The translations under genes and the position numbers were made by a program. A DNA stretch of 64,000 nt, taken from Hydrolagus colliei. Taxonomy: Eukaryota. Shown one piece after another: positions 36,101 to 51,100 of the stretch. Numbering within the stretch: the first letter of the stretch is position 1; each line of letters begins with the position of its first letter. Under the pieces are notes generated by a model that saw nothing but the letters and a program-made list of their open reading frames with translations, did no database searches and was not told the DNA's origin. Location: assembly GCA_035084275.1 (NCBI GenBank), contig CM068767.1, forward strand, positions 8,742,001-8,806,000, given 5' to 3'.

Positions 36101-39100
36101 AGTTGATAATGAACCTTCCACAAGCTCAATACCTCTTTCCACATCACAAGCATCATACCTCACAACAGAATCAACATTCTCCCCAGAAGAGCCAACCACA
36201 GCAATCACTCCAACTGTATCTGTTTCAAAAACACAAACATCCCCCTTCACAAGTTCTGTGTCATACCCATCACAGTCACATGCCACCCCTTTGTCAATGG
36301 AAACTTCTGCTTCATCAAACGTAACGTCGGATGAAACCGCTCAAACTGCTCACAGTGTTCCCTCATCTCCAGAGACCTCAACTTCTTTACCTCCCTCTAC
36401 AATGGAGTTATCATCGCTGGTAGAAACTTCATTCCAAAGTCTCAATACGATGTCAGACATCACTTCCATACAAGAATCCAGTCATTCATTATATTTGACA
36501 TCAGGATCCTCATTGCCACCGAAAACAGAGACAACACCAGAAGCTGTCTCCACAACTCTTTCATCCATTGCCACGAAAGAGTCTGTCACTGAGCAGGTTT
36601 CACAATCATCCTTCGACGTGTCCAGTGACACACTGAAAACATCAGTTGGATCAGATACAACAATAATAACACCAATCACTTCTTTCTCTATGCACACAGA
36701 AACAAGCTCTACCAATCTTCCAGGGCTATCAGAGCAGACCATCACTCCATTTGAGTCACACCTATCTAGCTCTGAAATGGAAACCTCTTCCATGCTGCAA
36801 TCAACAGCATCTGTAGCAAGTACAGATGATCTGACACGCGTGGTTTCTGAGCGGATAGCAAGCTCTGATTCTACAATTTACTCCACAGTTGAGACAACAT
36901 CCGTTTCTGAGTTTTCATCTGCAGAAGATTCTACTTCCACACTACCATCCAACAGTCAAGAACCTCGCTCCTCATCCCACGTTGCAACAATCTCAACAAC
37001 ATTTGTCACTCCTGAAGTAACATCACATTCAATGTTGATGTCAACAAAATCAAGCATCACTGAAGACAATCGATCAACGTCTTCTTCTCATTCCACCGTT
37101 GAAATATCCAGTATCATTCCAAAGTCAACCATGCTACCTGAAGAATCGCCGACTAGCACAGTTACTCAGTCCACTCAAAGCATTGAAATCAGTTCTCGTG
37201 TAGCTCCTTCAACTGAGGAAAGCAGCTCATCTGAGTCACACGTAACCTCTCCTGCTGAAGAACCATCATCTTCCACTGAACCAACATCGCAAGTGACAAC
37301 TATGATTACTGATGGTGCTCCTGTCTCTCAGGAAAGCAGCAGCTTTGCTTCCTCCTCAAGATCTCAAACAACTCAGTCATCGACTCCCTCTGACACTTCC
37401 TCACAGTTGCTTCCAATTTCTGAAATTGCGTCCACACATCTCTCAACTGGTGGCACATCATTTAGCCCTACAAAATCCTCATCTGATGCTTCTACAGACA
37501 CAGGTGAACTACAAACCCTCTCCACATGGTCAACTGCAGTTGATAATGAACCTTCCACAAGCTCAATACCTCTTTCCACATCACAAGCATCATACGTCAC
37601 AACAGAATCAACATTCTCTCCGGAAGAGCCAACCACAGCAATCACTCCAACTGTATCTGTTTCAAAAACACAAACATCCCCCTTCACAAGTTCTGTGTCA
37701 TACCCATCACAGTCACATGCCACCCCTTTGTCAATGGAAACTTCTGCTTCATCAAACGTAACGTCGGATGAAACCGCTCAAACTGCTCACAGTGTTCCCT
37801 CATCTCCAGAGACCTCAACTTCTTTACCTCCCTCTACAATGGAGTTATCATCGCTGGTAGAAACTTCATTCCAAAGTCTCAATACGATGTCAGACATCAC
37901 TTCCATACAAGAATCCAGTCATTCATTATATTTGACATCAGGATCCTCATTGCCACCGAAAACAGAGACAACAACAGAAGCTGTCTCCACAACTCTTTCA
38001 TCCATTGCCACGAAAGAGTCTGTCACTGAGCAGGTTTCACAATCATCCTTCGACGTGTCCAGTGACACACTGAAAACATCAGTTGGATCAGATACAACAA
38101 TAATAACACCAATCACTTCTTTCTCTATGCACACAGAAACAAGCTCTACCAATCTTCCAGGGTTATCAGAGCAGACCATCACTCCATTTGAGTCACACCT
38201 ATCTAGCTCTGAAATGGAAACCTCTTCCATGCTGCAATCAACAGCATCTGTAGCAAGTACAGATGATCTGACACGCGTGGTTTCTGAGCGGATAGCAAGC
38301 TCTGATTCTACAATTTACTCCACAGTTGAGACAACATCCGTTTCTGAGTTTTCATCTGCAGAAGATTCTACTTCCACACTACCATCCAACAGTCAAGAAC
38401 CTCGCTCCTCATCCCACGTTGCAACAATCTCAACAACATTTGTCACTCCTGAAGTAACATCACATTCAATGTTGATGTCAACAAAATCAAGCATCACTGA
38501 AGACAATCGATCAACGTCTTCTTCTCATTCCACCGTTGAAATATCCAGTATCATTCCAAAGTCAACCATGCTACCTGAAGAATCGCCGACTAGCACAGTT
38601 ACTCAGTCCACTCAAAGCATTGAAATCAGTTCTCGTGTAGCTCCTTCAACTGAGGAAAGCAGCTCATCTGAGTCACACGTAACCTCTCCTGCTGAAGAAC
38701 CATCATCTTCCACTGAACCAACATCGCAAGTGACAACTATGATTACTGATGGTGCTCCTGTCTCTCAGGAAAGCAGCAGCTTTGCTTCCTCCTCAAGATC
38801 TCAAACAACTCAGTCATCGACTCCCTCTGACACTTCCTCACAGTTGCTTCCAATTTCTGAAATTGCGTCCACACATCTCTCAACTGGTGACACATCATTT
38901 AGCCCTACAAAATCCTCATCTGATGCTTCTACAGACACAGGTGAACCACAAACGCTCTCCACATGGTCAACTGCAGTTGATAATGAACCTTCCACAAGCT
39001 CAATACCTCTTTCCACATCACAAGCATCATACGTCACAACAGAATCAACATTCTCTCCGGAAGAGCCAACCACAGCAATCACTCCAACTGTATCTGTTTC

Positions 39101-42100
39101 AAAAACACAAACATCCCCCTTCACAAGTTCTGTGTCATACCCATCACAGTCACATGCCACCCCTTTGTCAATGGAAACTTCTGCTTCATCAAACGTAACG
39201 TCGGATGAAACCGCTCAAACTGCTCACAGTGTTCCCTCATCTCCAGAGACCTCAACTTCTTTACCTCCCTCTACAATGGAGTTATCATCGCTGGTAGAAA
39301 CTTCATTCCAAAGTCTCAATACGATGTCAGACATCACTTCCATACAAGAATCCAGTCATTCATTATATTTGACATCAGGATCCTCATTGCCACCGAAAAC
39401 AGAGACAACAACAGAAGCTGTCTCCACAACTCTTTCATCCATTGCCACGAAAGAGTCTGTCACTGAGCAGGTTTCACAATCATCCTTCGACGTGTCCAGT
39501 GACACACTGAAAACATCAGTTGGATCAGATACAACAATAATAACACCAATCACTTCTTTCTCTATGCACACAGAAACAAGCTCTACCAATCTTCCAGGGT
39601 TATCAGAGCAGACCATCACTCCATTTGAGTCACACCTATCTAGCTCTGAAATGGAAACCTCTTCCATGCTGCAATCAACAGCATCTGTAGCAAGTACAGA
39701 TGATCTGACACGCGTGGTTTCTGAGCGGATAGCAAGCTCTGATTCTACAATTTACTCCACAGTTGAGACAACATCCGTTTCTGAGTTTTCATCTGCAGAA
39801 GATTCTACTTCCACACTACCATCCAACAGTCAAGAACCTCGCTCCTCATCCCACGTTGCAACAATCTCAACAACATTTGTCACTCCTGAAGTAACATCAC
39901 ATTCAATGTTGATGTCAACAAAATCAAGCATCACTGAAGACAATCGATCAACGTCTTCTTCTCATTCCACCGTTGAAATATCCAGTATCATTCCAAAGTC
40001 AACCATGCTACCTGAAGAATCGCCGACTAGCACAGTTACTCAGTCCACTCAAAGCATTGAAATCAGTTCTCGTGTAGCTCCTTCAACTGAGGAAAGCAGC
40101 TCATCTGAGTCACACGTAACCTCTCCTGCTGAAGAACCATCATCTTCCACTGAACCAACATCGCAAGTGACAACTATGATTACTGATGGTGCTCCTGTCT
40201 CTCAGGAAAGCAGCAGCTTTGCTTCCTCCTCAAGATCTCAAACAACTCAGTCATCGACTCCCTCTGACACTTCCTCACAGTTGCTTCCAATTTCTGAAAT
40301 TGCGTCCACACATCTCTCAACTGGTGACACATCATTTAGCCCAACAAAATCCTCATCTGATGCTTCTACAGACACAGGTGAACCACAAACGCTCTCCACA
40401 TGGTCAACTGCAGTTCATAATGAACCTTCCACAAGCTCAATACCTCTTTCCACATCACAAGCATCATACCTCACAACAGAATCAACATTCTCCCCGGAAG
40501 AGCCAACCACAGCAATCACTCCAACTGTACCTATTTCAAAAAGACAAACATCCCCCTTCACAAGTTCTGTGTCATACCCATCACAGTCACATGCCACCCC
40601 TTTGTCAATGGAAACTTCTGCTTCATCAAAAGTAACGTCGGATGAAACCGCTCAAACTGCTCACAGTGTTCCCTCATCTCCAGAGACCTCAACTTCTTTA
40701 CCTCCCTCTACAATGGAGTTATCACCGCTGGTAGAAACTTCATTCCAAAGTCTCAATACGATGTCAGACATCAGTTCCATACAAGAATCCAGTCATTCAT
40801 TATATTTGACATCAGGATCCTCATTGCCCCCGAAAACTGAGACAACACCAGAAGCTGTCTTGACAACTCTTTCATCCATTGCCACGAAAGAGTCTGCCAC
40901 TGAGCAGGTTTCACAATCTACCTTCGACGTGTCCAGTGACACACTGAAAACATCAGTTGGATCAGATACAACAATAACACCAATCACTTCTTTCTCTATG
41001 CACACAGAAACAAGCTCTACCAATCTTCCAGGGTTATCAGAGCAGACCATCACTCCATTTGAGTCACACCTATCTAGCTCTGAAATGGAAACCTCTTCCA
41101 TGCTGCAATCAACAGCATCTGTAGCAAGTACAGATGATCTGACACGCGTGGTTTCTGAGCGGATAGCAAGCTCTGATTCTACAATTTACTCCACAGTTGA
41201 GACAACATCCGTTTCTGAGTTTTCATCTGCAGAAGATTCTACTTCCACACTACCATCCAACAGTCAAGAACCTCGCTCCTCATCCCACGTTGCAACAATC
41301 TCAACAACATTTGTCACTCCTGAAGTAACATCACATTCAATGTTGATGTTAACAAAATCAAGTATCACTGAAGACAATCTATCAACGTCTTCTTCTCATT
41401 CCACCGTTGAAATATCCAGTATCATTCCAAAGTCAACAATGCCACCTGAAGAATCGCCAACTAGCACAGTTACTCAGTCCACTCAAAGCATTGAAATTAG
41501 TTCTCGTGTAGCTCCTTCAACTGAGGAAAGCAGCTCATCTGAGTCACACGTAACCTCTCCTACTGAAGAACCATCATCTTCCACTGAACCAACATCGCAA
41601 GTGACAACTATGATTACTGATGGTGCTCCTGTCTCTCAGGAAAGCAGCAGCTTTGCTTCCTCCTCAAGATCTCAAACAACTCAGTCATCGACTCCCTCTG
41701 ACACTTCCTCACAGTTGCTTCCAATTTCTGAAATTGCGTCCACACATCTCTCAGCTGGTGGCACATCATTTAGCCCTACAAAATCCTCATCTGATGCTTC
41801 TACAGACACAGGTGAACCACAAACCCTCTCCACATGGTCAACTGCAGTTGATAATGAACCTTCCACAAGCTCAATACCTCTTTCCACATCACAAGCATCA
41901 TACCTCACAACAGAATCAACATTCTCCCCGGAAGAGCCAACCACAGCAATCACTCCAACTGTACCTATTTCAAAAACACAAACATCCCCCTTCACAAGTT
42001 CTGTGTCATACCCATCACAGTCACATGCCACCCCTTTGTCAATGGAAACTTCTGCTTCATCAAAAGTAACGTCGGATGAAACAGCTCAAACTGCTCACAG

Positions 42101-45100
42101 TGTTCCCTCATCTCCAGAGACCTCAACTTCTTTACCTCCCTCTACAATGGAGTTATCACCGCTGGTAGAAACTTCATTCCAAAGTCTCAATACGATGTCA
42201 GACATCACTTCCATACAAGAATCCAGTCATTCATTATATTTGACATCAGGATCCTCATTGCCCCCGAAAACTGAGACAACACCAGAAGCTGTCTCGACAA
42301 CTCTTTCATCCATTGCCACGAAAGAGTCTGCCACTGAGCAGGTTTCACAATCTACCTTCGACCTGTCCAGTGACACACTGAAAACATCAGTTGGATCAGA
42401 TACAACAATAACACCAATCACTTCTTTCTCTATGCACACAGAAACAAGCTCTACCAATCTTCCAGGGCTATCAGAGCAGACCATCACTCCATTTGAGTCA
42501 CACCTATCTAGCTCTGAAATGGAAACCTCTTCCATGCTGCAATCAACAGCCTCTGTAGCAAGTACAGATGATCTGACACGCGTGGTTTCTGAGCGGATAG
42601 CAAGCTCTGATTCTACAATTTACTCCACAGTTGAGACAACATCCGTTTCTGAGTTTTCATCTGCAGAAGATTCTACTTCCACACTACCATCCAACAGTCA
42701 AGAACCTCGCTCCTCATCCCACGTTGCAACAATCTCAACAACATTTGTCACTCCTGAAGTAACATCACATTCAATGTTGATGTCAACAAAATCAAGCATC
42801 ACTGAAGACAATCGATCAACGTCTTCTTCTCATTCCACCGTTGAAATATCCAGTATCATTCCAAAGTCAACCATGCTACCTGAAGAATCGCCGACTAGCA
42901 CAGTTACTCAGTCCACTCAAAGCATTGAAATCAGTTCTCGTGTAGCTCCTTCAACTGAGGAAAGCAGCTCATCTGAGTCACACGTAACCTCTCCTGCTGA
43001 AGAACCATCATCTTCCACTGAACCAACATCGCAAGTGACAACTATGATTACTGATGGTGCTCCTGTCTCTCAGGAAAGCAGCAGCTTTGCTTCCTCCTCA
43101 AGATCTCAAACAACTCAGTCATCGACTCCCTCTGACACTTCCTCACAGTTGCTTCCAATTTCTGAAATTGTGTCCACACATCTCTCAACTGGTGGCACAT
43201 CATTTAGCCCTACAAAATCCTCATCTGATGCTTCTACAGACACAGGTGAACCACAAACCCTCTCCACATGGTCAACTGCAGTTGATAATGAACCTTCCAC
43301 AAGCTCAATACCTCTTTCCACATCACAAGCATCATACCTCACAACAGAATCAACATTCTCCCCGGAAGAGCCAACCACAGCAATCACTCCAACTGTACCT
43401 ATTTCAAAAACACAAACATCCCCCTTCACAAGTTCTGTGTCATCCCCATCACAGTCACATGCCACCCCTTTGTCAATGGAAACTTCTGCTTCATCAAAAG
43501 TAACGTCGGATGAAACCGCTCAAACTGCTCACAGTGTTCCCTCATCTCCAGAGACCTCAACTTCTTTACCTCCCTCTACAATGGAGTTATCAACGCTGGT
43601 AGAAACTTCATTCGAAAGTCTCAATACTATGTCAGACATCACTTCCACACAAGCATCCAGTCATTCATCATATTTGACATCAGGATCCTCATTGCCCCCG
43701 AAAACTGAGGCAACACCAGAAGCTGTCTCAACAACTCTTTCATCCATTTCCACGAAAGAGTCTGCCACTGAGCAGGTTTCACAATCTACCTTCGACGTGT
43801 CCAGTGACACACTGAAAACATCAGTTGGATCAGATACAACAACAATAACACCAATCACTTCTTTCTCTATGCACACAGAAACAAGCTCTACCAATCTTCC
43901 AGGGCTATCAGAGCAGACCATCACTCCATCTCAGTCACACCTATCCAGCTCCGAAATGGAAACCTCTTCCATGCTGCAATCAACAGCATCTGTAGCAAGT
44001 ACAGATGATCTGACACCCGTGGTTTCTGAGCGGATAGCAAGCTCTGATTCTACAATTTACTCCACAGTTGAGCCAACATCCGTTTCTGAGTTTTCATCAA
44101 CAGAAGATTCTACTTCCACACTACCATCCAACAGTCAAGAACCTCGCTCCTCATCCCACGTTGCAACAATCTCAACAACATTTGTCACTCCTGAAGTAAC
44201 ATCACATTCAATGTTGATGTCAACAAAATCAAGCATCACTGAAGACAATCGATCAACGTCTTCTTCTCATTCCACCGTTGAAATATCCAGTATCATTCCA
44301 AAGTCAACCATGCTACCTGAAGAATCGCCGACTAGCACAGTTACTCAGTCCACTCAAAGCATTGAAATCAGTTCTCGTGTAGCTCCTTCAACTGAGGAAA
44401 GCAGCTCATCTGAGTCACACGTAACCTCTCCTGCTGAAGAACCATCATCTTCCACTGAACCAACATCGCAAGTGACAACTATGATTACTGATGGTGCTCC
44501 TGTCTCTCAGGAAAGCAGCAGCTTTGCTTCCTCCTCAAGATCTGAAACAACTCAGTCATCGACTCCCTCTGACACTTCCTCACAGTTGCTTCCAATTTCT
44601 GAAATTGCGTCCACACATCTCTCAACTGTTGGCACATCATTTAGCCCTGCAAAATCTTCATCTGATGCTTCTACAGACACAGGTGAACCACAAACCCTCT
44701 CCACATGGTCAACTGCAGTTGATAATGAACCTTCCACAAGCTCAATACCTCTTTCCACATCACAAGCATCATACCTCACAACAGAATCAACATTCTCCCC
44801 GGAAGAGCCAACCACAGCAATCACTCCAACTGTACCTATTTCAAAAACACAAACATCCCCCTTCACAAGTTCTGTGTCATACCCATCACAGTCACATGCC
44901 ACCCCTTTGTCAATGGAAACTTCTGCTTCATCAAAAGTAACGTCGGATGAAACCGCTCAAACTGCTCACAGTGTTCCCTCATCTCCAGAGACCTCAACTT
45001 CTTTACCTCCCTCTTCAATGGAGTTATCAACGCTGGTAGAAACTTCATTCGAAAGTCTCAATACTATGTCAGACATCACTTCCACACAAGAATCCAGTCA

Positions 45101-48100
45101 TTCATTATATTTGACATCAGGATCCTCATTGCCCCCGAAAACTGAGACAACACCAGAAGCTGTCTCGACAACTCTTTCATCCATTGCCACGAAAGAGTCT
45201 GCCACTGAGCAGGTTTCACAATCTACCTTCGACCTGTCCAGTGACACACTGAAAACATCAGTTGGATCAGATACAACAATAACACCAATCACTTCTTTCT
45301 CTATGCACACAGAAACAAGCTCTACCAATCTTCCAGGGCTATCAGAGCAGACCATCACTCCATTTGAGTCACACCTATCTAGCTCTGAAATGGAAACCTC
45401 TTCCATGCTGCAATCAACAGCATCTGTAGCAAGTACAGATGATCTGACACGCGTGGTTTCTGAGCGGATAGCAAGCTCTGATTCTACAATTTACTCCACA
45501 GTTGAGACAACATCCGTTTCTGAGTTTTCATCTGCAGAAGATTCTACTTCCACACTACCATCCAACAGTCAAGAACCTCGCTCCTCATCCCACGTTGCAA
45601 CAATCTCAACAACATTTGTCACTCCTGAAGTAACATCACATTCAATGTTGATGTCAACAAAATCAAGCATCACTGAAGACAATCGATCAACGTCTTCTTC
45701 TCATTCCACCGTTGAAATATCCAGTATCATTCCAAAGTCAACCATGCTACCTGAAGAATCGCCGACTAGCACAGTTACTCAGTCCACTCAAAGCATTGAA
45801 ATCAGTTCTCGTGTAGCTCCTTCAACTGAGGAAAGCAGCTCATCTGAGTCACACGTAACCTCTCCTGCTGAAGAACCATCATCTTCCACTGAACCAACAT
45901 CGCAAGTGACAACTATGATTACTGATGGTGCTCCTGTCTCTCAGGAAAGCAGCAGCTTTGCTTCCTCCTCAAGATCTCAAACAACTCAGTCATCGACTCC
46001 CTCTGACACTTCCTCACAGTTGCTTCCAATTTCTGAAATTGCGTCCACACATCTCTCAACTGGTGGCACATCATTTAGCCCTACAAAATCCTCATCTGAT
46101 GCTTCTACAGACACAGGTGAACTACAAACCCTCTCCACATGGTCAACTGCAGTTGATAATGAACCTTTCACAAGCTCAATACCTCTTTCCACATCACAAG
46201 CATCATACCTCACAACAGAATCAACATTCTCCCCGGAAGAGCCAACCACAGCAATCACTCCAACTGTACCTATTTCAAAAACACAAACATCCCCCTTCAC
46301 AAGTTCTGTGTCATACCCATCACAGTCACATGCCACCCCTTTGTCAATGGAAACTTCTGCTTCATCAAAAGTAACGTCGGATGAAACCGCTCAAACTGCT
46401 CACAGTGTTCCCTCATCTCCAGAGACCTCAACTTCTTTACCTCCCTCTACAATGGATTTATCAACGCTGGTAGAAACTTCATTCGAAAGTCTCAATACTA
46501 TGTCAGACATCACTTCCACACAAGAATCCAGTCATTCATCATATTTGACATCAGGATCCTCATTGCCCCCGAAAACTGAGGCAACACCAGAAGCTGTCTC
46601 AACAACTCTTTCATCCATTTCCACGAAAGAGTCTGCCACTGAGCAGGTTTCACAATCTACCTTCGACGTGTCCAGTGACACACTGAAAACATCAGTTGGA
46701 TCAGATACAACAACAATAACAACAATCACTTCTTTCTCTATGCACACAGAAACAAGCTCTACCAATCTTCCAGGGCTATCAGAGCAGACCATCACTCCAT
46801 CTGAGTCACACCTATCCAGCTCCGAAATGGAAACCTCTTCCATGCTGCAATCAACAGCATCTGTAGCAAGTACAGATGATCTGACACCCGTGGTTTCTGA
46901 GCGGATAGCAAGCTCTGATTCTACAATTTACTCCACAGTTGAGCCAACATCCGTTTCTGAGTTTTCATCAACAGAAGATTCTACTTCCACACTACCATCC
47001 AACAGTCAAGAACCTCGCTCCTCATCCCATGTTGCAACAATCTCACCAACATATGTCACTCCTGAAGTAACATCACATTCAATGTTGATGTCAACAAAAT
47101 CAAGTATCACTGAAGACAATCTATCAACGTCTTATTCTCATTCCACCGTTGAAATATCCAGTATCATTCCAAAGTCAACAATGCCACCTGAAGAATCGCC
47201 AACTAGCACAGTTACTCAGTCCACTCAAAGCATTGAAATCAGTTCTCGTGTAGCTCCTTCAACTGAGGAAAGCAGCTCATCTGAGTCACACGTAACCTCT
47301 CCTGCTGAAGAACCATCATCTTCCACTGAACCAACATCGCAAGTGACAACTATGATTACTGATGGTGCTCCTGTCTCTCAGGAAAGCAGCAGCTTTGCTT
47401 CCTCCTCAAGATCTCAAACAACTCAGTCATCGACTCCCTCTGACACTTCCTCACAGTTGCTTCCAATTTCTGAAATTGCGTCCACACATCTCTCAACTGG
47501 TGACACATCATTTAGCCCTACAAAATCCTCATCTGATGCTTCTACAGACACAGGTGAACCACAAACGCTCTCCACATGGTCAACTGCAGTTGATAATGAA
47601 CCTTCCACAAGCTCAATACCTCTTTCCACATCACAAGCATCATACCTCACAACAGAATCAACATTCTCTCCGGAAGAGCCAACCACAGCAATCACTCCAA
47701 CTGTATCTGTTTCAAAAACACAAACATCCCCCTTCACAAGTTCTGTGTCATACCCATCACAGTCACATGCCACCCCTTTGTCAATGGAAACTTCTGCTTC
47801 ATCAAACGTAACGTCGGCTGAAACCGCTCAAACTGCTCACAGTGTTCCCTCATCTCCAGAGACCTCAACTTCTTTACCTCCCTCTACAATGGAGTTATCA
47901 TCGCTGGTAGAAACTTCATTCCAAAGTCTCAATACGATGTCAGACATCACTTCCATACAAGAATCCAGTCATTCATTATATTTGACATCAGGATCCTCAT
48001 TGCCACCGAAAACAGAGACAACACCAGAAGCTGTCTCCACAACTCTTTCATCCATTGCCACGAAAGAGTCTGTCACTGAGCAGGTTTCACAATCATCCTT

Positions 48101-51100
48101 CGACGTGTCCAGTGACACACTGAAAACATCAGTTGGATCAGATACAACAATAATAACACCAATCACTTCTTTCTCTATGCACACAGAAACAAGCTCTACC
48201 AATCTTCCAGGGCTATCAGAGCAGACCATCACTCCATTTGAGTCACACCTATCTAGCTCTGAAATGGAAACCTCTTCCATGCTGCAATCAACAGCATCTG
48301 TAGCAAGTACAGATGATCTGACACGCGTGGTTTCTGAGCGGATAGCAAGCTCTGATTCTACAATTTACTCCACAGTTGAGACAACATCCGTTTCTGAGTT
48401 TTCATCTGCAGAAGATTCTACTTCCACACTACCATCCAACAGTCAAGAACCTCGCTCCTCATCCCACGTTGCAACAATCTCAACAACATTTGTCACTCCT
48501 GAAGTAACATCACATTCAATGTTGATGTCAACAAAATCAAGCATCACTGAAGACAATCGATCAACGTCTTCTTCTCATTCCACCGTTGAAATATCCAGTA
48601 TCATTCCAAAGTCAACCATGCTACCTGAAGAATCGCCGACTAGCACAGTTACTCAGTCCACTCAAAGCATTGAAATCAGTTCTCGTGTAGCTCCTTCAAC
48701 TGAGGAAAGCAGCTCATCTGAGTCACACGTAACCTCTCCTGCTGAAGAACCATCATCTTCCACTGAACCAACATCGCAAGTGACAACTATGATTACTGAT
48801 GGTGCTCCTGTCTCTCAGGAAAGCAGCAGCTTTGCTTCCTCCTCAAGATCTCAAACAACTCAGTCATCGACTCCCTCTGACACTTCCTCACAGTTGCTTC
48901 CAATTTCTGAAATTGCGTCCACACATCTCTCAACTGGTGACACATCATTTAGCCCAACAAAATCCTCATCTGATGCTTCTACAGACACAGGTGAACCACA
49001 AACGCTCTCCACATGGTCAACTGCAGTTGATAATGAACCTTCCACAAGCTCAATACCTCTTTCCACATCACAAGCATCATACCTCACAACAGAATCAACA
49101 TTCTCCCCGGAAGAGCCAACCACAGCAATCACTCCAACTGTACCTATTTCAAAAACACAAACATCCCCTTTCACAAGTTCTGTGTCATACCCATCACAGT
49201 CACATGCCACCCCTTTGTCAATGGAAACTTCTGCTTCATCAAAAGTAACGTCGGATGAAACAGCTCAAACTGCTCACAGTGTTCCCTCATCTCCAGAGAC
49301 CTCAACTTCTTTACCTCCCTCTACAATGGAGTTATCACCGCTGGTAGAAACTTCATTCCAAAGTCTCAATACGATGTCAGACATCAGTTCCATACAAGAA
49401 TCCAGTCATTCATTATATTTGACATCAGGATCCTCATTGCCCCCGAAAACTGAGACAACACCAGAAGCTGTCTCGACAACTCTTTCATCCATTGCCACGA
49501 AAGAGTCTGCCACTGAGCAGGTTTCACAATCTACCTTCGACCTGTCCAGTGACACACTGAAAACATCAGTTGGATCAGATACAACAATAACACCAATCAC
49601 TTCTTTCTCTATGCACACAGAAACAAGCTCTACCAATCTTCCAGGGCTATCAGAGCAGACCATCACTCCATTTGAGTCACACCTATCTAGCTCTGAAATG
49701 GAAACCTCTTCCATGCTGCAATCAACAGCCTCTGTAGCAAGTACAGATGATCTGACACGCGTGGTTTCTGAGCGGATAGCAAGCTCTGATTCTACAATTT
49801 ACTCCACAGTTGAGACAACATCCGTTTCTGAGTTTTCATCTGCAGAAGATTCTACTTCCACACTACCATCCAACAGTCAAGAACCTCGCTCCTCATCCCA
49901 CGTTGCAACAATCTCAACAACATTTGTCACTCCTGAAGTAACATCACATTCAATGTTGATGTCAACAAAATCAAGCATCACTGAAGACAATCGATCAACG
50001 TCTTCTTCTCATTCCACCGTTGAAATATCCAGTATCATTCCAAAGTCAACCATGCTACCTGAAGAATCGCCGACTAGCACAGTTACTCAGTCCACTCAAA
50101 GCATTGAAATCAGTTCTCGTGTAGCTCCTTCAACTGAGGAAAGCAGCTCATCTGAGTCACACGTAACCTCTCCTGCTGAAGAACCATCATCTTCCACTGA
50201 ACCAACATCGCAAGTGACAACTATGATTACTGATGGTGCTCCTGTCTCTCAGGAAAGCAGCAGCTTTGCTTCCTCCTCAAGATCTCAAACAACTCAGTCA
50301 TCGACTCCCTCTGACACTTCCTCACAGTTGCTTCCAATTTCTGAAATTGTGTCCACACATCTCTCAACTGGTGGCACATCATTTAGCCCTACAAAATCCT
50401 CATCTGATGCTTCTACAGACACAGGTGAACCACAAACCCTCTCCACATGGTCAACTGCAGTTGATAATGAACCTTCCACAAGCTCAATACCTCTTTCCAC
50501 ATCACAAGCATCATACCTCACAACAGAATCAACATTCTCCCCGGAAGAGCCAACCACAGCAATCACTCCAACTGTACCTATTTCAAAAACACAAACATCC
50601 CCCTTCACAAGTTCTGTGTCATCCCCATCACAGTCACATGCCACCCCTTTGTCAATGGAAACTTCTGCTTCATCAAAAGTAACGTCGGATGAAACCGCTC
50701 AAACTGCTCACAGTGTTCCCTCATCTCCAGAGACCTCAACTTCTTTACCTCCCTCTACAATGGAGTTATCAACGCTGGTAGAAACTTCATTCGAAAGTCT
50801 CAATACTATGTCAGACATCACTTCCACACAAGCATCCAGTCATTCATCATATTTGACATCAGGATCCTCATTGCCCCCGAAAACTGAGGCAACACCAGAA
50901 GCTGTCTCAACAACTCTTTCATCCATTTCCACGAAAGAGTCTGCCACTGAGCAGGTTTCACAATCTACCTTCGACGTGTCCAGTGACACACTGAAAACAT
51001 CAGTTGGATCAGATACAACAACAATAACACCAATCACTTCTTTCTCTATGCACACAGAAACAAGCTCTACCAATCTTCCAGGGCTATCAGAGCAGACCAT